DNA from: an uncultured Poribacteria bacterium
GTDB taxonomy: Bacteria > Poribacteria > WGA-4E > WGA-3G
DNA length: 64,000 nt
NCBI GenBank assembly: GCA_951813565.1
Contig: OX638351.1
Coordinates: 3,840,001 to 3,904,000 of the forward strand
Direction of reading: 5' to 3'
This document shows, in pieces, positions 1 through 10,755 of this stretch. The stretch's first letter is position 1. Each line of letters starts with the position of its first letter. Made by a program: the position numbers and the translations under genes. The notes beneath the pieces are model-generated. The model was not told where the DNA came from. It did not search any database and saw only the letters and a list, made by a program, of their open reading frames with translations.

Positions 1-504
1 AATTGGCAAGACCTCAAAACACTTTTGGAGTTAATTCAACCTCACTTCGCTATGCGCGTATATGGACTGCCGGATTTCGAGGCAAATCACATCGGATTCA
101 GCAAACAAGGTGATGGTGCAGACCATGCTGGTAGAGTTGAAACATCGTTGTTATGGGCGTTAGAACCAGACTGCGTTGATATGTCTCGGATGCCAGCAAA
201 AGATGAACCAGGACCCCACTTCGCAATGGGCGGAAATGCTTATGACTCAGACCGGCGTATCGGTGAGCGCATGGTGGACGATGAAGTCACTTGGCTTGGC
301 AACAAGATGCAGGAATTGCTTGATGCTTACGCACAACAGAATATCTCCGAACGCCAACCGGTAACCTTTGCGGAAGTTGAAAAGATTTGGACAGAACAGG
401 TGACACCTGCTTTAAAAACCTTTAAGACGATGCAAAGGACAGGTGAATCGCCACCGGAAGATTCACAATGGTTCCGACAATGGAAACTACCAGAACTTTC
501 ATAA
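1..504 (+). CDS. Creatininase/creatinine amidohydrolase family protein, 5'-truncated by window edge
   Basis: DHAGxxETS motif in ORF 25..504; the frame is open back to base 1. Confidence 0.7.
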   Translation, partial: NWQDLKTLLELIQPHFAMRVYGLPDFEANHIGFSKQGDGADHAGRVETSLLWALEPDCVDMSRMPAKDEPGPHFAMGGNAYDSDRRIGERMVDDEVTWLGNKMQELLDAYAQQNISERQPVTFAEVEKIWTEQVTPALKTFKTMQRTGESPPEDSQWFRQWKLPELS

Positions 505-556
505 AAGAGGGCATCACACAAGTTGAAGAGGTATTGATGTGTAGGAGACAATAACC

Positions 557-2042
557 ATGAAACAATATCTTCACACCACACTTCTTGGGCTTGCTATTTC
601 GCTGACACTCACTGCTTTTGTAGTGAATGCGGATACCGCCAAAACAATGCCTTCTGAGGTCAGTTATAGCTACTACTACTCCTTAGGTGATCTTGAAAGG
701 TCTCACCGTCTTTTAGCTTCCCCCGTACCCGAAGGGCTCACTTACCATGGTAGGATGATAGCCACTGCAAACATTGATGACACACCCGAAAAAGAAAACA
801 TTGTTTTAATCGTTGTTGATACAGAACCTCGCACATTCTCCAGCAGTCCGGTGGACTTTGGCAACTGGCACCAAGCGTTTCTCCTCATTACGGACACCAA
901 ATCATACTGGCATCCGAAACAAAAAGAGTTGTTCAAACTTTTTGATACGGGCACGCATCCGTTGGAGGTTCCAGCGAAAGTCATTGAACTTCATGATCCA
1001 CCCTCTGGTTTCAAGCAACCCACCGATGTCTCTTTTAGACTTGTGGATGTCACCGGCGATGGCATTTTAGATGTTTGGGTGGAATCTGCCCACGGGGTCG
1101 CACTCATCTCTTTTGAGAAGGATGAATTTAGGGAAGTCTTCAGCCGCCACACCGTGACCAGAGAGAAACTTGCAGAAGCTTTTGATGTCGAGTATTACTG
1201 GTACGATGTCCAGTTTGAGCCTGAGGGTCAAAAGTATCACCGCTTTTTGGCGACCCCTGCACCGGAAAAATCTTCTTACTGCACCCGGATGAGAGCCATC
1301 GCAAATATTGATGACACACCCGAAAAAGAGAACATTGTTCTGATGGTGCTTCAGGCGGGAGGAGAATGGCGCGAATGGGTTCAAGCGTTTCTCCTTATTA
1401 CGGACACCCAAACAAACGGGGTTCCTAAGAAAAAAGAGTTGTTCAAACTTTTTGATGCTGGCACGCATCATATCGATGTCCCGGGGATGGACGAAGAGAG
1501 GTTCACCTTGGGCTTTCAAGGGTGTCTCCTTTGAACTCGTTGATTTGACGGGCGATGGCATTTTAGACATCTGGGTTGACCATGCCGAGGGTGTCGCTGT
1601 GATTTCTTTTCAAAACGGTGAGTTCAAAGAGGTCTGCAGTGCCTATACTTCTCACAAAGCGGATCTCCCAGAATATATTGACTTGAATAATGATGGCATC
1701 TACGAGATCAAAATTCCCGACAGCATATCTATCGATGGTCCTACAGCAGCATATCTGCCATGGATGAGCCTCTACGAGTGGGATGGAAACACTTATGTCT
1801 TGAACAACGAAAGATTTTACACCGAGAATGACGATTTCTTCATTCAATTATTGGAGCAGTATATTTTTTGGCGCCATTTTACAAAAAACGAGGTATACCA
1901 TTTTCACATGGGGTTGGTCTATTACTATCGCGGCAATGTTCCAATGGCGCGAGAACTTTTACAATGGGTCGTCGGAGATACTGAGAAGCAAGATTACATT
2001 CAAGCGGCTGAATCTATTTTGGATAAATTGCCTCCCCAGTGA
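557..2042 (+). pseudogene. Secreted protein with two tandem FG-GAP-like repeat modules, split by a frameshift near 1480
   Basis: Signal peptide. The repeat ANIDDTPEKENIV..QAFLLITDT..ELFKLFD..VSFxLVDxTGDGILDxWV is complete once in ORF 557..1534. The second copy is split between that ORF and ORF 1452..2042. Confidence 0.65.
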
Positions 2043-2147
2043 AGATAAAATAAAGAAAATGGAAGGTAGGTTTTGACTGAGATTGTTGCCCACCACACAC
2101 CCAATACGAAGGTAGATTTTATATCTACTTGACAGAGAGGACACCGT

Positions 2148-2909
2148 ATGGAAAATACAAGCGCACAACTCGCTGAAAATTATCAAAAAGACGGATTCCT
2201 GACTGGCATCCACGTCGCTGAAAATGCTGAAGCCTCACACTTTCGTAAAGAATATGATGCGTTAGAAGCAGAAGTCGGCGCAGAAAAATGTGAAATTGGA
2301 CTGATAGATTGGCATTTTGATTATAAATTTATTTGGGACATCGCAATACACCCCAAAATTGTTGATGTTATTGAAGCACTCATCGGACCAGATGTGATGT
2401 TGTTAGCTACACACTTTTTCTGCAAATATGGACCGCGTGAGAAATTTGTTGCATGGCATCAAGACGTAACGTATTGGGGACTTGAACCACCGGACGCGGT
2501 TACCGCTTGGTATGCCATTGATGACAGCGACACAGGAAACGGATGTATGCGGGTGATTCCCAGAAGCCACCACCAAGGTGTTCAAGAGCATGGTAAATCG
2601 GAACAGGAAGGCAATCTACTGAGCATCAATCAGGAAGTTCCGGTCACCGAAGCGGCAGCAGAGACTGCAGTTGATCTTATCTTAAAGGCTGGTGAGATGT
2701 CTATTCATCACGGACAGATAATTCACGGTAGTCTACCGAACCATTCTACGCGGCGGCGATGCGGCTTGACAATTCGCTATATCCCACCATCAGTGAGGCA
2801 AGCAGAGGATAATTCGCTGAAACGCCCGTGGAAACCGATTCTCTTACGTGGTGAAGATCGGTACCGGAATTTTACTACCGTGCCAAGCCCGTTCCCGTTT
2901 CATAGATAA
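2148..2909 (+). CDS. Phytanoyl-CoA dioxygenase (PhyH) family Fe(II)/2OG oxygenase
   Basis: WHQD...H(GS)xxN..RR motif set. Confidence 0.9.
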   Translation: MENTSAQLAENYQKDGFLTGIHVAENAEASHFRKEYDALEAEVGAEKCEIGLIDWHFDYKFIWDIAIHPKIVDVIEALIGPDVMLLATHFFCKYGPREKFVAWHQDVTYWGLEPPDAVTAWYAIDDSDTGNGCMRVIPRSHHQGVQEHGKSEQEGNLLSINQEVPVTEAAAETAVDLILKAGEMSIHHGQIIHGSLPNHSTRRRCGLTIRYIPPSVRQAEDNSLKRPWKPILLRGEDRYRNFTTVPSPFPFHR

Positions 2910-2983
2910 TTTAGTCTGCTGTAGGCGCGCATTGTAAGTGCGCCACTAATAGTGTTCAAAGTAATTTATGTTCTACTATATAA

Positions 2984-3136
2984 ACCTAAGTTGCTACGGA
3001 CAAGATTTCAAGTTAGCAAACACTGCTTTTTACTGAAAAAACAAGGCTTTTTCGCTGATTCTTATGTTTTTTGTTCTAAATCGGGGTTAGAAACCCCTCC
3101 TACAAGAGCATTTGCGAAATAGGTGGCAACTTGGGT
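2984..3136. mobile_element. IS982-like MITE (family A, copy 1) carrying a GTAG REP hairpin
   Basis: TIR acc(c/t)aagttgc(c/t)ac; 7-bp TSD tatataa (2977-2983/3137-3143); inverted homologue at 24943-25094. Confidence 0.85.
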
Positions 3137-3206
3137 TATATAAACGAACTTTGGGTAAGACCTGTTGAGAAGGGTCAATTCTAATTTGAAAAACAAAGGA
3201 ATTAAA

Positions 3207-4166
3207 ATGAAAATTGCTTTTATTGGTGTTGGTGGAATTGCAGGTAATTACCGACGCAGCCTAAAACAACTGCAACGTCCAGTTGCATCCGTGTGTGATA
3301 TAAACGCAGATCGCGCGGCAGCTATTGCCGCCGAAGAAAATGCTACTGCATACACAGCTCATCAAGAAATGCTGCAGACAGAAAATCCAGATGTGGTGTT
3401 TATCTGTATTCCTCCAGGCGCACACGCGACGCAGGTCGCTGATGCTGCAAAGTCTGACGCTGCAGTTTTTGTTGCCAAACCTGTGGCACAGGATTTGAAA
3501 ACTGCACAAAATGCTTGTGATGCCATTCAAGGCGCAGGAGTCATCAATCAAGTTGGCTATATGGCGCGGTATAGCGACATCACTGACAAAGCGAAGGAGT
3601 TAGTTGGTAATCAGAAACTAACCATGGCTATCGGACGGTTTCTCGCAAGAATGGGGGCAAGCCATCCGTGGTGGGGTAAATTTGAAGTATCTCGTGGGCA
3701 AATGGTTGAGCAGACTACCCACGTCTTTGACCTAATCCGTTACTTTCTCGGCGATGTTGAAAGCGTTCATGCTTACGGTATCAAAGGCGTTTCCGACGGT
3801 ATTGCAGATTTTGAGGAGTGCACCGTCTGTAATCTTAAGTTTAAGGACGGTGCTGTAGCAAGCATTACCAGTACCTGTGTTGCTCGCGCGCATGACAATT
3901 TTGCTACCGAATTGGTAGGTGATGACATCTATATCAAACTTACGCACGATCTCGGTTTACGCGGCCAAATCGGAGGCGAAGGGGTTGAATTTACTGGTGC
4001 AGAAGCCGGTTATTTCCGACAGGTTGAGCAGTTTATTAAAGCGGTTGAAGCGAATGACCAAAGTTTAGTGCGTTCTTCCTACGAAGATGCATTCAAAACA
4101 CTTGCAGTTACACTTGCTGCGAATCGCTCGTTAGAGACTGGACAAGTTGAACCGGTTGTGGAGTGA
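3207..4166 (+). CDS. Gfo/Idh/MocA family oxidoreductase
   Basis: MKIAFIGVGGIA Rossmann start after an AAGGA RBS; xKP motif. Confidence 0.9.
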   Translation: MKIAFIGVGGIAGNYRRSLKQLQRPVASVCDINADRAAAIAAEENATAYTAHQEMLQTENPDVVFICIPPGAHATQVADAAKSDAAVFVAKPVAQDLKTAQNACDAIQGAGVINQVGYMARYSDITDKAKELVGNQKLTMAIGRFLARMGASHPWWGKFEVSRGQMVEQTTHVFDLIRYFLGDVESVHAYGIKGVSDGIADFEECTVCNLKFKDGAVASITSTCVARAHDNFATELVGDDIYIKLTHDLGLRGQIGGEGVEFTGAEAGYFRQVEQFIKAVEANDQSLVRSSYEDAFKTLAVTLAANRSLETGQVEPVVE

Positions 4167-4227
4167 AAAGGGGAATCGATTTTATCAAATAGTGCTTCGT
4201 TCATTTTCAATTTCGGGTCTAAAGAAT

Positions 4228-4730
4228 TCAACGCTTAGTTGATTTTGCCAAAGCGAGTGCAAGGTTCTCTTTTTTACCGCATCGCGTTGTATTGATTGGA
4301 AATTCCTCTCCTCGAAATTTAATTCTGGCAGTTCTAAGCTTGTTTCGTTGGGTAGTGTGCATCCTTCGCCCATGAATTAGGACTGGTATAAGGTTAATTT
4401 CAGTACCCTTTGGAGTGCAATTGTCGGCAATACGCGCCCCTTCTTGCAGTTGGGCAACTGCCTCTGATGCATTAACATGCCACTTTTGAGTTCCATAGGA
4501 ACCCCGATCAGACAATTCTGCTCATCGTCAATGTGAAAAAGAATAAAGTCACATTGGCTTGTCTTCGCTTTATCTGTTGAAAATGCAACGTCTACATCCA
4601 ACACCACACGGTTTGCAGGTTTCGATTTTAGCTTAGCCAAAGAGACCTTACATCCTTGTCGTGTATATGATTTAGCTTTTCTGTCACCTACCCATTGACG
4701 AATCTCATCCAAAGTTTCATACAGATTCAC
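4228..4730 (-). pseudogene. PD-(D/E)XK nuclease-like partner of the AAA ATPase, frameshifted near 4478
   Basis: GTG start overlaps the ATPase stop. CDFILF..ELKSG (ORF 4377..4757) continues in another frame as VNASEAVAQLQ (ORF 4228..4515). Confidence 0.6.
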
Positions 4731-6174
4731 GGTTGCGTCTACCTTTCTGTTTCTCATACTTTTGTTGCAGATTCACCGAACGGTTGTAAAGTCCTTCAGC
4801 AACGTCTTCGTAATCCTCTGGAGAGATACCTGCTCTTGAATGGAACGGGATTTCTGCCACAGGGACATCCTTTTGAAAATTCCAAATACCCACTTCCTCT
4901 GGTAACAACCAACTTCCCGATTCCTCGGTTTCATTTTCAATTAGCCCTTCAAGAATTAGGTTTCCTATTTCCTGAAGCAACCAATCACTGTGTGTGGTAA
5001 TTATTACCTTCACACCTGCACGCGCTAAACGCGCGAGAATGACCGCCATGTCCGCTTGGGCGCCAGGGTGAAGGTGTGCTTCTGGTTCCTCAATGATGAG
5101 TGTATCACCCGGTTGAACGAGACCTCGGAGATATAGCACCAAGGGGGCAAGTTCAGATACCATTGATGAAGATTGACTAAGACGAAATTCTTCATTAGTA
5201 ACATGCGGAATATAGCGGAAGTCAGGATAACCACTGCCTGAAGGCTGCACACGGATCTGCCCAGAAAGAACTTCGTTTTCCAATGTTTCTGCTATATGTG
5301 CCATATTGTCTTTTGGAACTATCTCGTCCTGAAAAAGAATAATCCTTTCCATAAAGTCTGCTATCACTCCTGACATAGTGGGAACCTCAGGAAAACGCTC
5401 CAAGCCTACTCTGGTTGATCGCTTTACAAGTGAACTTGCTATGACACGGTGACTTTGCATGATGCCGCTTCGAGCGGCAGGAAGGTAATACATGCTCCGG
5501 CTTTTAGGACTACTTAGACTTTTTATGTGAATACTATTATCATCTATGCATGATTCTGCGTCAACTGACCAGTTCTTCGGAATTATGACCATATCCTGCT
5601 CATTGGAGGTATCTATGTTTACCTCAGATTCAGTAATACAGATTTTATAATTCCAGTATTCCTGATTCTGTCTACTAGCCTTCAGCAAGATTGTATGTTC
5701 ATCCTGTTCACCATTTAAACGCATTACTTCAGAAAAGGAATTAAGGTTGAAGCAATTTTTGAGTTCGTCTTCTAATTCTGCTTTAAAATATACATGTTCT
5801 TTTATGATAGAATGAAATCTGTTACGCATTTCTACGGGTAAATCGGAGAATTTGAAGGATTCTTCTGAATTTTTTAATTGTCTTAGAATATTGTGTAATT
5901 CTGTTTCAGGAATTGCTTGTCCTTTGAATATCTCGCTCAATAGAAGGAAAATCATCGCAGATTGGAAAGGAAATAGTGGTTCTGAACTTGAAATACTGTT
6001 ATACATTCTGTGCAAAGCATACACAAGCGTAGCAAAATATGTCTTACCAGTGTTGCTGGGGCCAACAAACACCGTCAATGGACGCAAATCAATGTTAGCT
6101 TCCGCAATAGGTCCAAAATTTTTGACTTCAATTTCAATCTTTAGCTGCTCTTGTGTGTCTTTGACTTCACTCAT
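4717..6174 (-). CDS. AAA_15/AAA_21-type ABC-like ATPase (OLD/AbiEii/PARIS-like)
   Basis: Walker A GPSNTGKT, YLPAARSG, SSS signature, Walker B IIEEPEAHLHP, TTHS. Confidence 0.88.
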   Translation of the reverse strand: MSEVKDTQEQLKIEIEVKNFGPIAEANIDLRPLTVFVGPSNTGKTYFATLVYALHRMYNSISSSEPLFPFQSAMIFLLLSEIFKGQAIPETELHNILRQLKNSEESFKFSDLPVEMRNRFHSIIKEHVYFKAELEDELKNCFNLNSFSEVMRLNGEQDEHTILLKASRQNQEYWNYKICITESEVNIDTSNEQDMVIIPKNWSVDAESCIDDNSIHIKSLSSPKSRSMYYLPAARSGIMQSHRVIASSLVKRSTRVGLERFPEVPTMSGVIADFMERIILFQDEIVPKDNMAHIAETLENEVLSGQIRVQPSGSGYPDFRYIPHVTNEEFRLSQSSSMVSELAPLVLYLRGLVQPGDTLIIEEPEAHLHPGAQADMAVILARLARAGVKVIITTHSDWLLQEIGNLILEGLIENETEESGSWLLPEEVGIWNFQKDVPVAEIPFHSRAGISPEDYEDVAEGLYNRSVNLQQKYEKQKGRRNRESV

Positions 6175-6208
6175 CGTTATATCCTCAAATATAAATTGCT
6201 TATGTAGA

Positions 6209-7579
6209 TTAGAAAAACATCAAATATGGTTTGTCAACAATCTCCCGCCACAACAGGACCGCGAGTTCACGTGCGTGATAATCACCCCACATAGATGCCT
6301 CTCCACACGGAATCTTCCTGCCTTCAGGCACATAATCCCATCCATTCGGACGGTGATACACAGAGTGCAATATCAACCCTTGATGTGTGTCAGAAGTAGA
6401 AAGGTACGGTTCAGCAAAAAGTGTCTTGGCTACCGTCAGACCTGCTTGGTAATAAGAATTGCCTGCATCTTGTTCCCCGTGTTTTTTGAGGTAGTTGCCA
6501 AGGCGAATGAGTCCTTGTGCAGCAATCGCGGCTGCGGAACTATCTACGGGTTCAATATCGTTATATGGGTCAGCGGGGGATGCCAAGTAATCACCGAGTT
6601 CTGCTAAACCGGGAGCACCTGTATCCCAATACGGAATGCCATCTTGTGCTGTGTTTTCAATGTAGAAATTGGCAGTGGCTTCAGCTGCTTTTCGCATGTG
6701 CGCTGTCGCCTCTGCATAGCCACCGTAAGGTTCAAGGTCATCTTCAGTTAGCGTATCAAAAAATTCAAGTTGTTCAGCGTAACCTGTGATAATCCATGCC
6801 AATCCACGCGTCCATGTAGAAAATGGCGAATAACCTTGCTGTGTGCTTGGACAACGATAGTTTCCATCGTTTGTATTGAAGATAGACTCATGCACAACCC
6901 GTCCACGCACGTCGAAAGCGTCACGACCTTCACCATAGTACACGTTGTATTTCGCTGTTGTCCGAGAATGCTGAATTAGCCGTTCTAATAGATTGATAGC
7001 AACATCGCCTTCACTCATCAGCACAGCACCGAGTGTGTGTCCGACTGCTAACACCCGCAATGAACGGATAGTATCTGAAAAAAGCGAATGCGGTCCGTTG
7101 AAAGAAGCGATATACCCAGTACCATCTTTAATCCGCGTCCAGCGACTCGCTTGTACTGCAGCGGAAGCTTTGAGTGCAAGTTCGTAGAAATGCATCTCGC
7201 TGTCGTTCCATGGAATTACACCCTCGTGCATCAGTCGGCGCAAGTTGCCATAAGTGGAGCCGTTGTTAAATCCGTGGTCATGCACACCGATATGTGTGAC
7301 ATGCGGTGCCATCTTCTCAATCGTGTTCTGTCTGCCGATTTCAAGAAACTGCTCATCACCCGTAGCATCGAATTGAAGGATAGCGGAGCCGAATTGGAAT
7401 CCTTGTGTCCACTCTGTCCAACCTCGCGTCGTGTAAGTGCCAGCAACGGTGAAAACAGGTGTGCCTTTTTCTGACGGCCATGTGTCTTCTATAGCCATAA
7501 TCTTTTGTCCTGAGTATTCAAAAAGCCTTTCTATTTGCGGCTTTAGGTCTTGAATTTGCAATGAATTATTTATCTGCAT
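6209..7579 (-). CDS. Glycoside hydrolase family 88-like (unsaturated glucuronyl hydrolase)
   Basis: HDHGF, QGYS..STWTRGLAW, DSSAAAIAA, WGDY motifs. Confidence 0.85.
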   Translation of the reverse strand: MQINNSLQIQDLKPQIERLFEYSGQKIMAIEDTWPSEKGTPVFTVAGTYTTRGWTEWTQGFQFGSAILQFDATGDEQFLEIGRQNTIEKMAPHVTHIGVHDHGFNNGSTYGNLRRLMHEGVIPWNDSEMHFYELALKASAAVQASRWTRIKDGTGYIASFNGPHSLFSDTIRSLRVLAVGHTLGAVLMSEGDVAINLLERLIQHSRTTAKYNVYYGEGRDAFDVRGRVVHESIFNTNDGNYRCPSTQQGYSPFSTWTRGLAWIITGYAEQLEFFDTLTEDDLEPYGGYAEATAHMRKAAEATANFYIENTAQDGIPYWDTGAPGLAELGDYLASPADPYNDIEPVDSSAAAIAAQGLIRLGNYLKKHGEQDAGNSYYQAGLTVAKTLFAEPYLSTSDTHQGLILHSVYHRPNGWDYVPEGRKIPCGEASMWGDYHARELAVLLWREIVDKPYLMFF

Positions 7580-7642
7580 ATATCCTCAATTTCTGTTCAA
7601 GGAGTTCAGTATATCGTTTACAACCTGCATACTATTTCACGA

Positions 7643-8125
7643 TTATCTATATCGTTCACATATTACTTCTATAAGGTTTGTTGTGGATTTACCCGGGACG
7701 TTTAGTCCAACGATGACCTTACCACCGTTTTCCTCAACGACCTCCCTTTCGATCAACTGCTCTAATTTATAGTCGCCACCTTTAACGTGAATACTCGGTT
7801 TGAGTTCAGAAAGCAATTCAATCGGTGTTAACTCTGGAAAAATCACCACATAATCAACACATTCCAACCCAGCGAGCATTTCAGCGCGTTCATTTTCGGG
7901 AACGAGCGGACGATTTTCACCTTTCAATTCCCGTACGGAACTATCGCTGTTGACCGCCACTACAAGCATATCTCCCAGTTGTCGTGCTGCTTGAAGATAT
8001 CTTAGATGCCCTAAATGTAGTACATCAAAACAACCGTTGGTAGTGACAACAACGTTTCCACCTGCTTTTGCTTGCTGAAGGCGGGATGCAAGTTCGCTGC
8101 GCTGATAGATTTTTTGATTTACCAT
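7643..8125 (-). CDS. rfaE2: D-glycero-beta-D-manno-heptose 1-phosphate adenylyltransferase
   Basis: TNGCFDVLHLGH, NSDSSVRELKG..RP, KGGDY, STT. Confidence 0.92.
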   Translation of the reverse strand: MVNQKIYQRSELASRLQQAKAGGNVVVTTNGCFDVLHLGHLRYLQAARQLGDMLVVAVNSDSSVRELKGENRPLVPENERAEMLAGLECVDYVVIFPELTPIELLSELKPSIHVKGGDYKLEQLIEREVVEENGGKVIVGLNVPGKSTTNLIEVICERYR

Positions 8126-8152
8126 ATTCTATTTCCAAAGTTTTGAACAATC

Positions 8153-9955
8153 CTATTCCAATTCACGAAGTGCTTTTTCAACGTCGGCTTTAAGATCGGA
8201 AGGCAGGTCTAATTTGACCCACAAATTTAAGTTATCTGTTTCTGCAATAGCTGATTTTGAGATGTCGTGTTCTTGATTCAAGAGTTTCAAGGCAGTTTTA
8301 AAGTCTGTCTCAGCCTCCGAAGTACGTCTCAAAGCAGCGTTAGCAACGCCTCGGTTGTAATAGAACTCAGCATGATTCGGTTCTAACTGAATAGCCTTAT
8401 TGTAGTCTATGATGCCATTGATATTGTCACCTTGAGCAGATTTTGTTTTGCCTCGTATGTTATAAGCTTCAGCGAGAATAGCATCTGCTGCTCCTAAATT
8501 AATCGCCGTACTATAGTCTTCAATTGCCTCTTTCTTGTTACCTAAATTAGATTTTGCCAATCCACGATTCACGTAAGCCAATGCCAGTAGACCATCCTCT
8601 GGTTTTAAGCGGATCACTGTATCATAATCTTCAATTGCGTCTTTTTTATTTCCTAAACCAGATTTCGCAGAACCACGGTTGATATATGCAGCAGCCAAGA
8701 GATCATCCTCTGGTTTTAGACTAACCGCCGTACTATAGTCTTCAATTGCCTCTTTCTTGTTACCTAAATTAGATTTTGCCAATCCACGATTGAGGTGAGC
8801 CAAAGCCAGTAGATCATCCTCTGGTTTTAAGCGGATCACTGTATCATAATCTTCAATTGCGTCTTTTTTATTTCCTAAATCAGACTTCGCACTTGCACGA
8901 GAACCGTAGGCATCAACATACGCTGGGTCGAGACGGATCGCTTTGTCATAATCTTTTATGGCGCCTTTCTTATCTCCTATCTCAGACTTCACATCGCCAC
9001 GATAGACATAGACATAGGCGTAATCTGCTCCTTTACGTATCGCCGTATCATAGTCTTTAATAGCACCTTTAAAATCGCCTAACTTTTTCTTGACATATCC
9101 ACGACGACGGTAGGCATCAGCATAATTTGGTGCGAGTTGAATAACTAAATCACAGTTTTTGATGGCATTCGCGAGTTTCTCAGGTCCCTCTGCATCCACG
9201 ACACTGTAATGGCGGATGAGGGGTTCTTCACGCCATTTTTCTAAAGATTTCTCTTGTGTTGGCATTTCCTTGAGCAGTGCACGGAGATAGTTTGACGGAA
9301 TCGCGTACCCGCCTCCAACTCTGTGTCCCTGGTACATAATTCCTACTACCTTTCCGTGAACGTTTAAGACGGGTCCACCACTATATCCTTTTCGATTATT
9401 TCGCGCCCTAATGTCAAGGAAATTGGGAGTGCGTCGACTAATTACCCCTGTCGAGACATCACCTTGCACAATTTTATCTCCTTCTCTTGGGTTACCAATA
9501 GTTACAATGCTATCACCTTTTTTTATAGTATCACTATCGCCAAGCGGAAGAATGTGCGGATCTTCGCCTCCTAACTTCACAACCTTCAAGATAACAAGGT
9601 CTCGTATTGGATCACTTGCCATAACACCTTTTATGGTGAACCACGTTGGCTTGTTAACCAACCTTACCATGCTGACAGCTCCTTCAAAGGATTTCTGATT
9701 GACAACGTGAATATTAGTGGCTATTAGATCATGTCCAATAAAAAATCCACTCCCGAATTCCGGAGGTCCTTCAACGTTTAAACTCCCTATCTGTACAGTA
9801 CCAGCTTTCCCGATTTCCGCAATTTGCTCAAGAATTGGTAGGTCGGAGGCTTTTTTGATTTGAGCTGTTTGTTGTTCAATCCTTGAAGCGCATGACAAGA
9901 AAATCCCTAATGCAAGGCAGCCTATGAGTGCTATTACTTTCTTTGCAATCTTCAT
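8153..9955 (-). CDS. Lipoprotein-like trypsin (S1) serine protease with C-terminal TPR array
   Basis: GSGF..TNxHV, RDL, GYSGGP catalytic triad; roughly 9 TPR units. Confidence 0.88.
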   Translation of the reverse strand: MKIAKKVIALIGCLALGIFLSCASRIEQQTAQIKKASDLPILEQIAEIGKAGTVQIGSLNVEGPPEFGSGFFIGHDLIATNIHVVNQKSFEGAVSMVRLVNKPTWFTIKGVMASDPIRDLVILKVVKLGGEDPHILPLGDSDTIKKGDSIVTIGNPREGDKIVQGDVSTGVISRRTPNFLDIRARNNRKGYSGGPVLNVHGKVVGIMYQGHRVGGGYAIPSNYLRALLKEMPTQEKSLEKWREEPLIRHYSVVDAEGPEKLANAIKNCDLVIQLAPNYADAYRRRGYVKKKLGDFKGAIKDYDTAIRKGADYAYVYVYRGDVKSEIGDKKGAIKDYDKAIRLDPAYVDAYGSRASAKSDLGNKKDAIEDYDTVIRLKPEDDLLALAHLNRGLAKSNLGNKKEAIEDYSTAVSLKPEDDLLAAAYINRGSAKSGLGNKKDAIEDYDTVIRLKPEDGLLALAYVNRGLAKSNLGNKKEAIEDYSTAINLGAADAILAEAYNIRGKTKSAQGDNINGIIDYNKAIQLEPNHAEFYYNRGVANAALRRTSEAETDFKTALKLLNQEHDISKSAIAETDNLNLWVKLDLPSDLKADVEKALRELE

Positions 9956-10101
9956 CTGATATCCTCTTGTTTATTGTAAGTAGATCAGTTTTAAGCGTTA
10001 ATAGTTTAGCACGCGTTAGACTGTTTGACAAGTTTTCCTTTCATCAAAACTTTTGTATCAAACATTGATATATTTTAGATTTTGGAGTATACTCAATTAG
10101 T

Positions 10102-10755
10102 ATGAAATCAGAAGCAAACCGAGAACGCGGCATTATCGTGGGCATAACAGGCGGCATAGCGTGCGGGAAAACGACCGTCTCTAAGTCACTCGCTGAAAAG
10201 GGAGCGATTCCGATTAATGCAGATGAAATTGGACATCAACTGCTCAAAGCGGATAGTCCCGTGAGAGATGATCTCGTTAACGCATTTGGACAGGGAATTC
10301 TTGAAGAATCTGGCGATGTTAGCAGAAAAAAACTGGGGGCAATCGTCTTTGAAGATAAATCTGCCCGTGAACGGCTGAACGCTATTTTACACCCGTTGAT
10401 TATCCAACGTTCCCGTTCTCGTGCGCGTCAACTTGTTATGGAAGACCCATCATGCATTGTCTTGCTTGACGCGCCCCTTCTCATAGAAGCTGGTGCTTAC
10501 GATTCTGTTGATCTAATAGTTGTTGTAACTGCCTTGCCTGAGATACAATTGCAACGGACATTAGAACGGAGCCGCGCACAGAACCGTCCTCTCACTGAAA
10601 GTGAAGCACAAGCGCGAATAGACTCGCAGATGCTGGTGTCTGAAAAAGTTAAATATGCGGATGTTGTTATAGAGAATAGTGGGACAATTGAAGAACTACA
10701 TAAACAAGTGGATCAACTTTGGGATAAACTTATGAATCGTGCCAAAGCAGATTGA
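10102..10755 (+). CDS. coaE: Dephospho-CoA kinase
   Basis: GITGGIACGKT, LNAILHP, DAPLLIE. Confidence 0.95.
   Translation: MKSEANRERGIIVGITGGIACGKTTVSKSLAEKGAIPINADEIGHQLLKADSPVRDDLVNAFGQGILEESGDVSRKKLGAIVFEDKSARERLNAILHPLIIQRSRSRARQLVMEDPSCIVLLDAPLLIEAGAYDSVDLIVVVTALPEIQLQRTLERSRAQNRPLTESEAQARIDSQMLVSEKVKYADVVIENSGTIEELHKQVDQLWDKLMNRAKAD

Noticed and set aside
5852..6607. 251-aa plus-strand ORF (and similar ORFs such as 12411..13076)
   Set aside because: Antisense shadows of well-supported genes.
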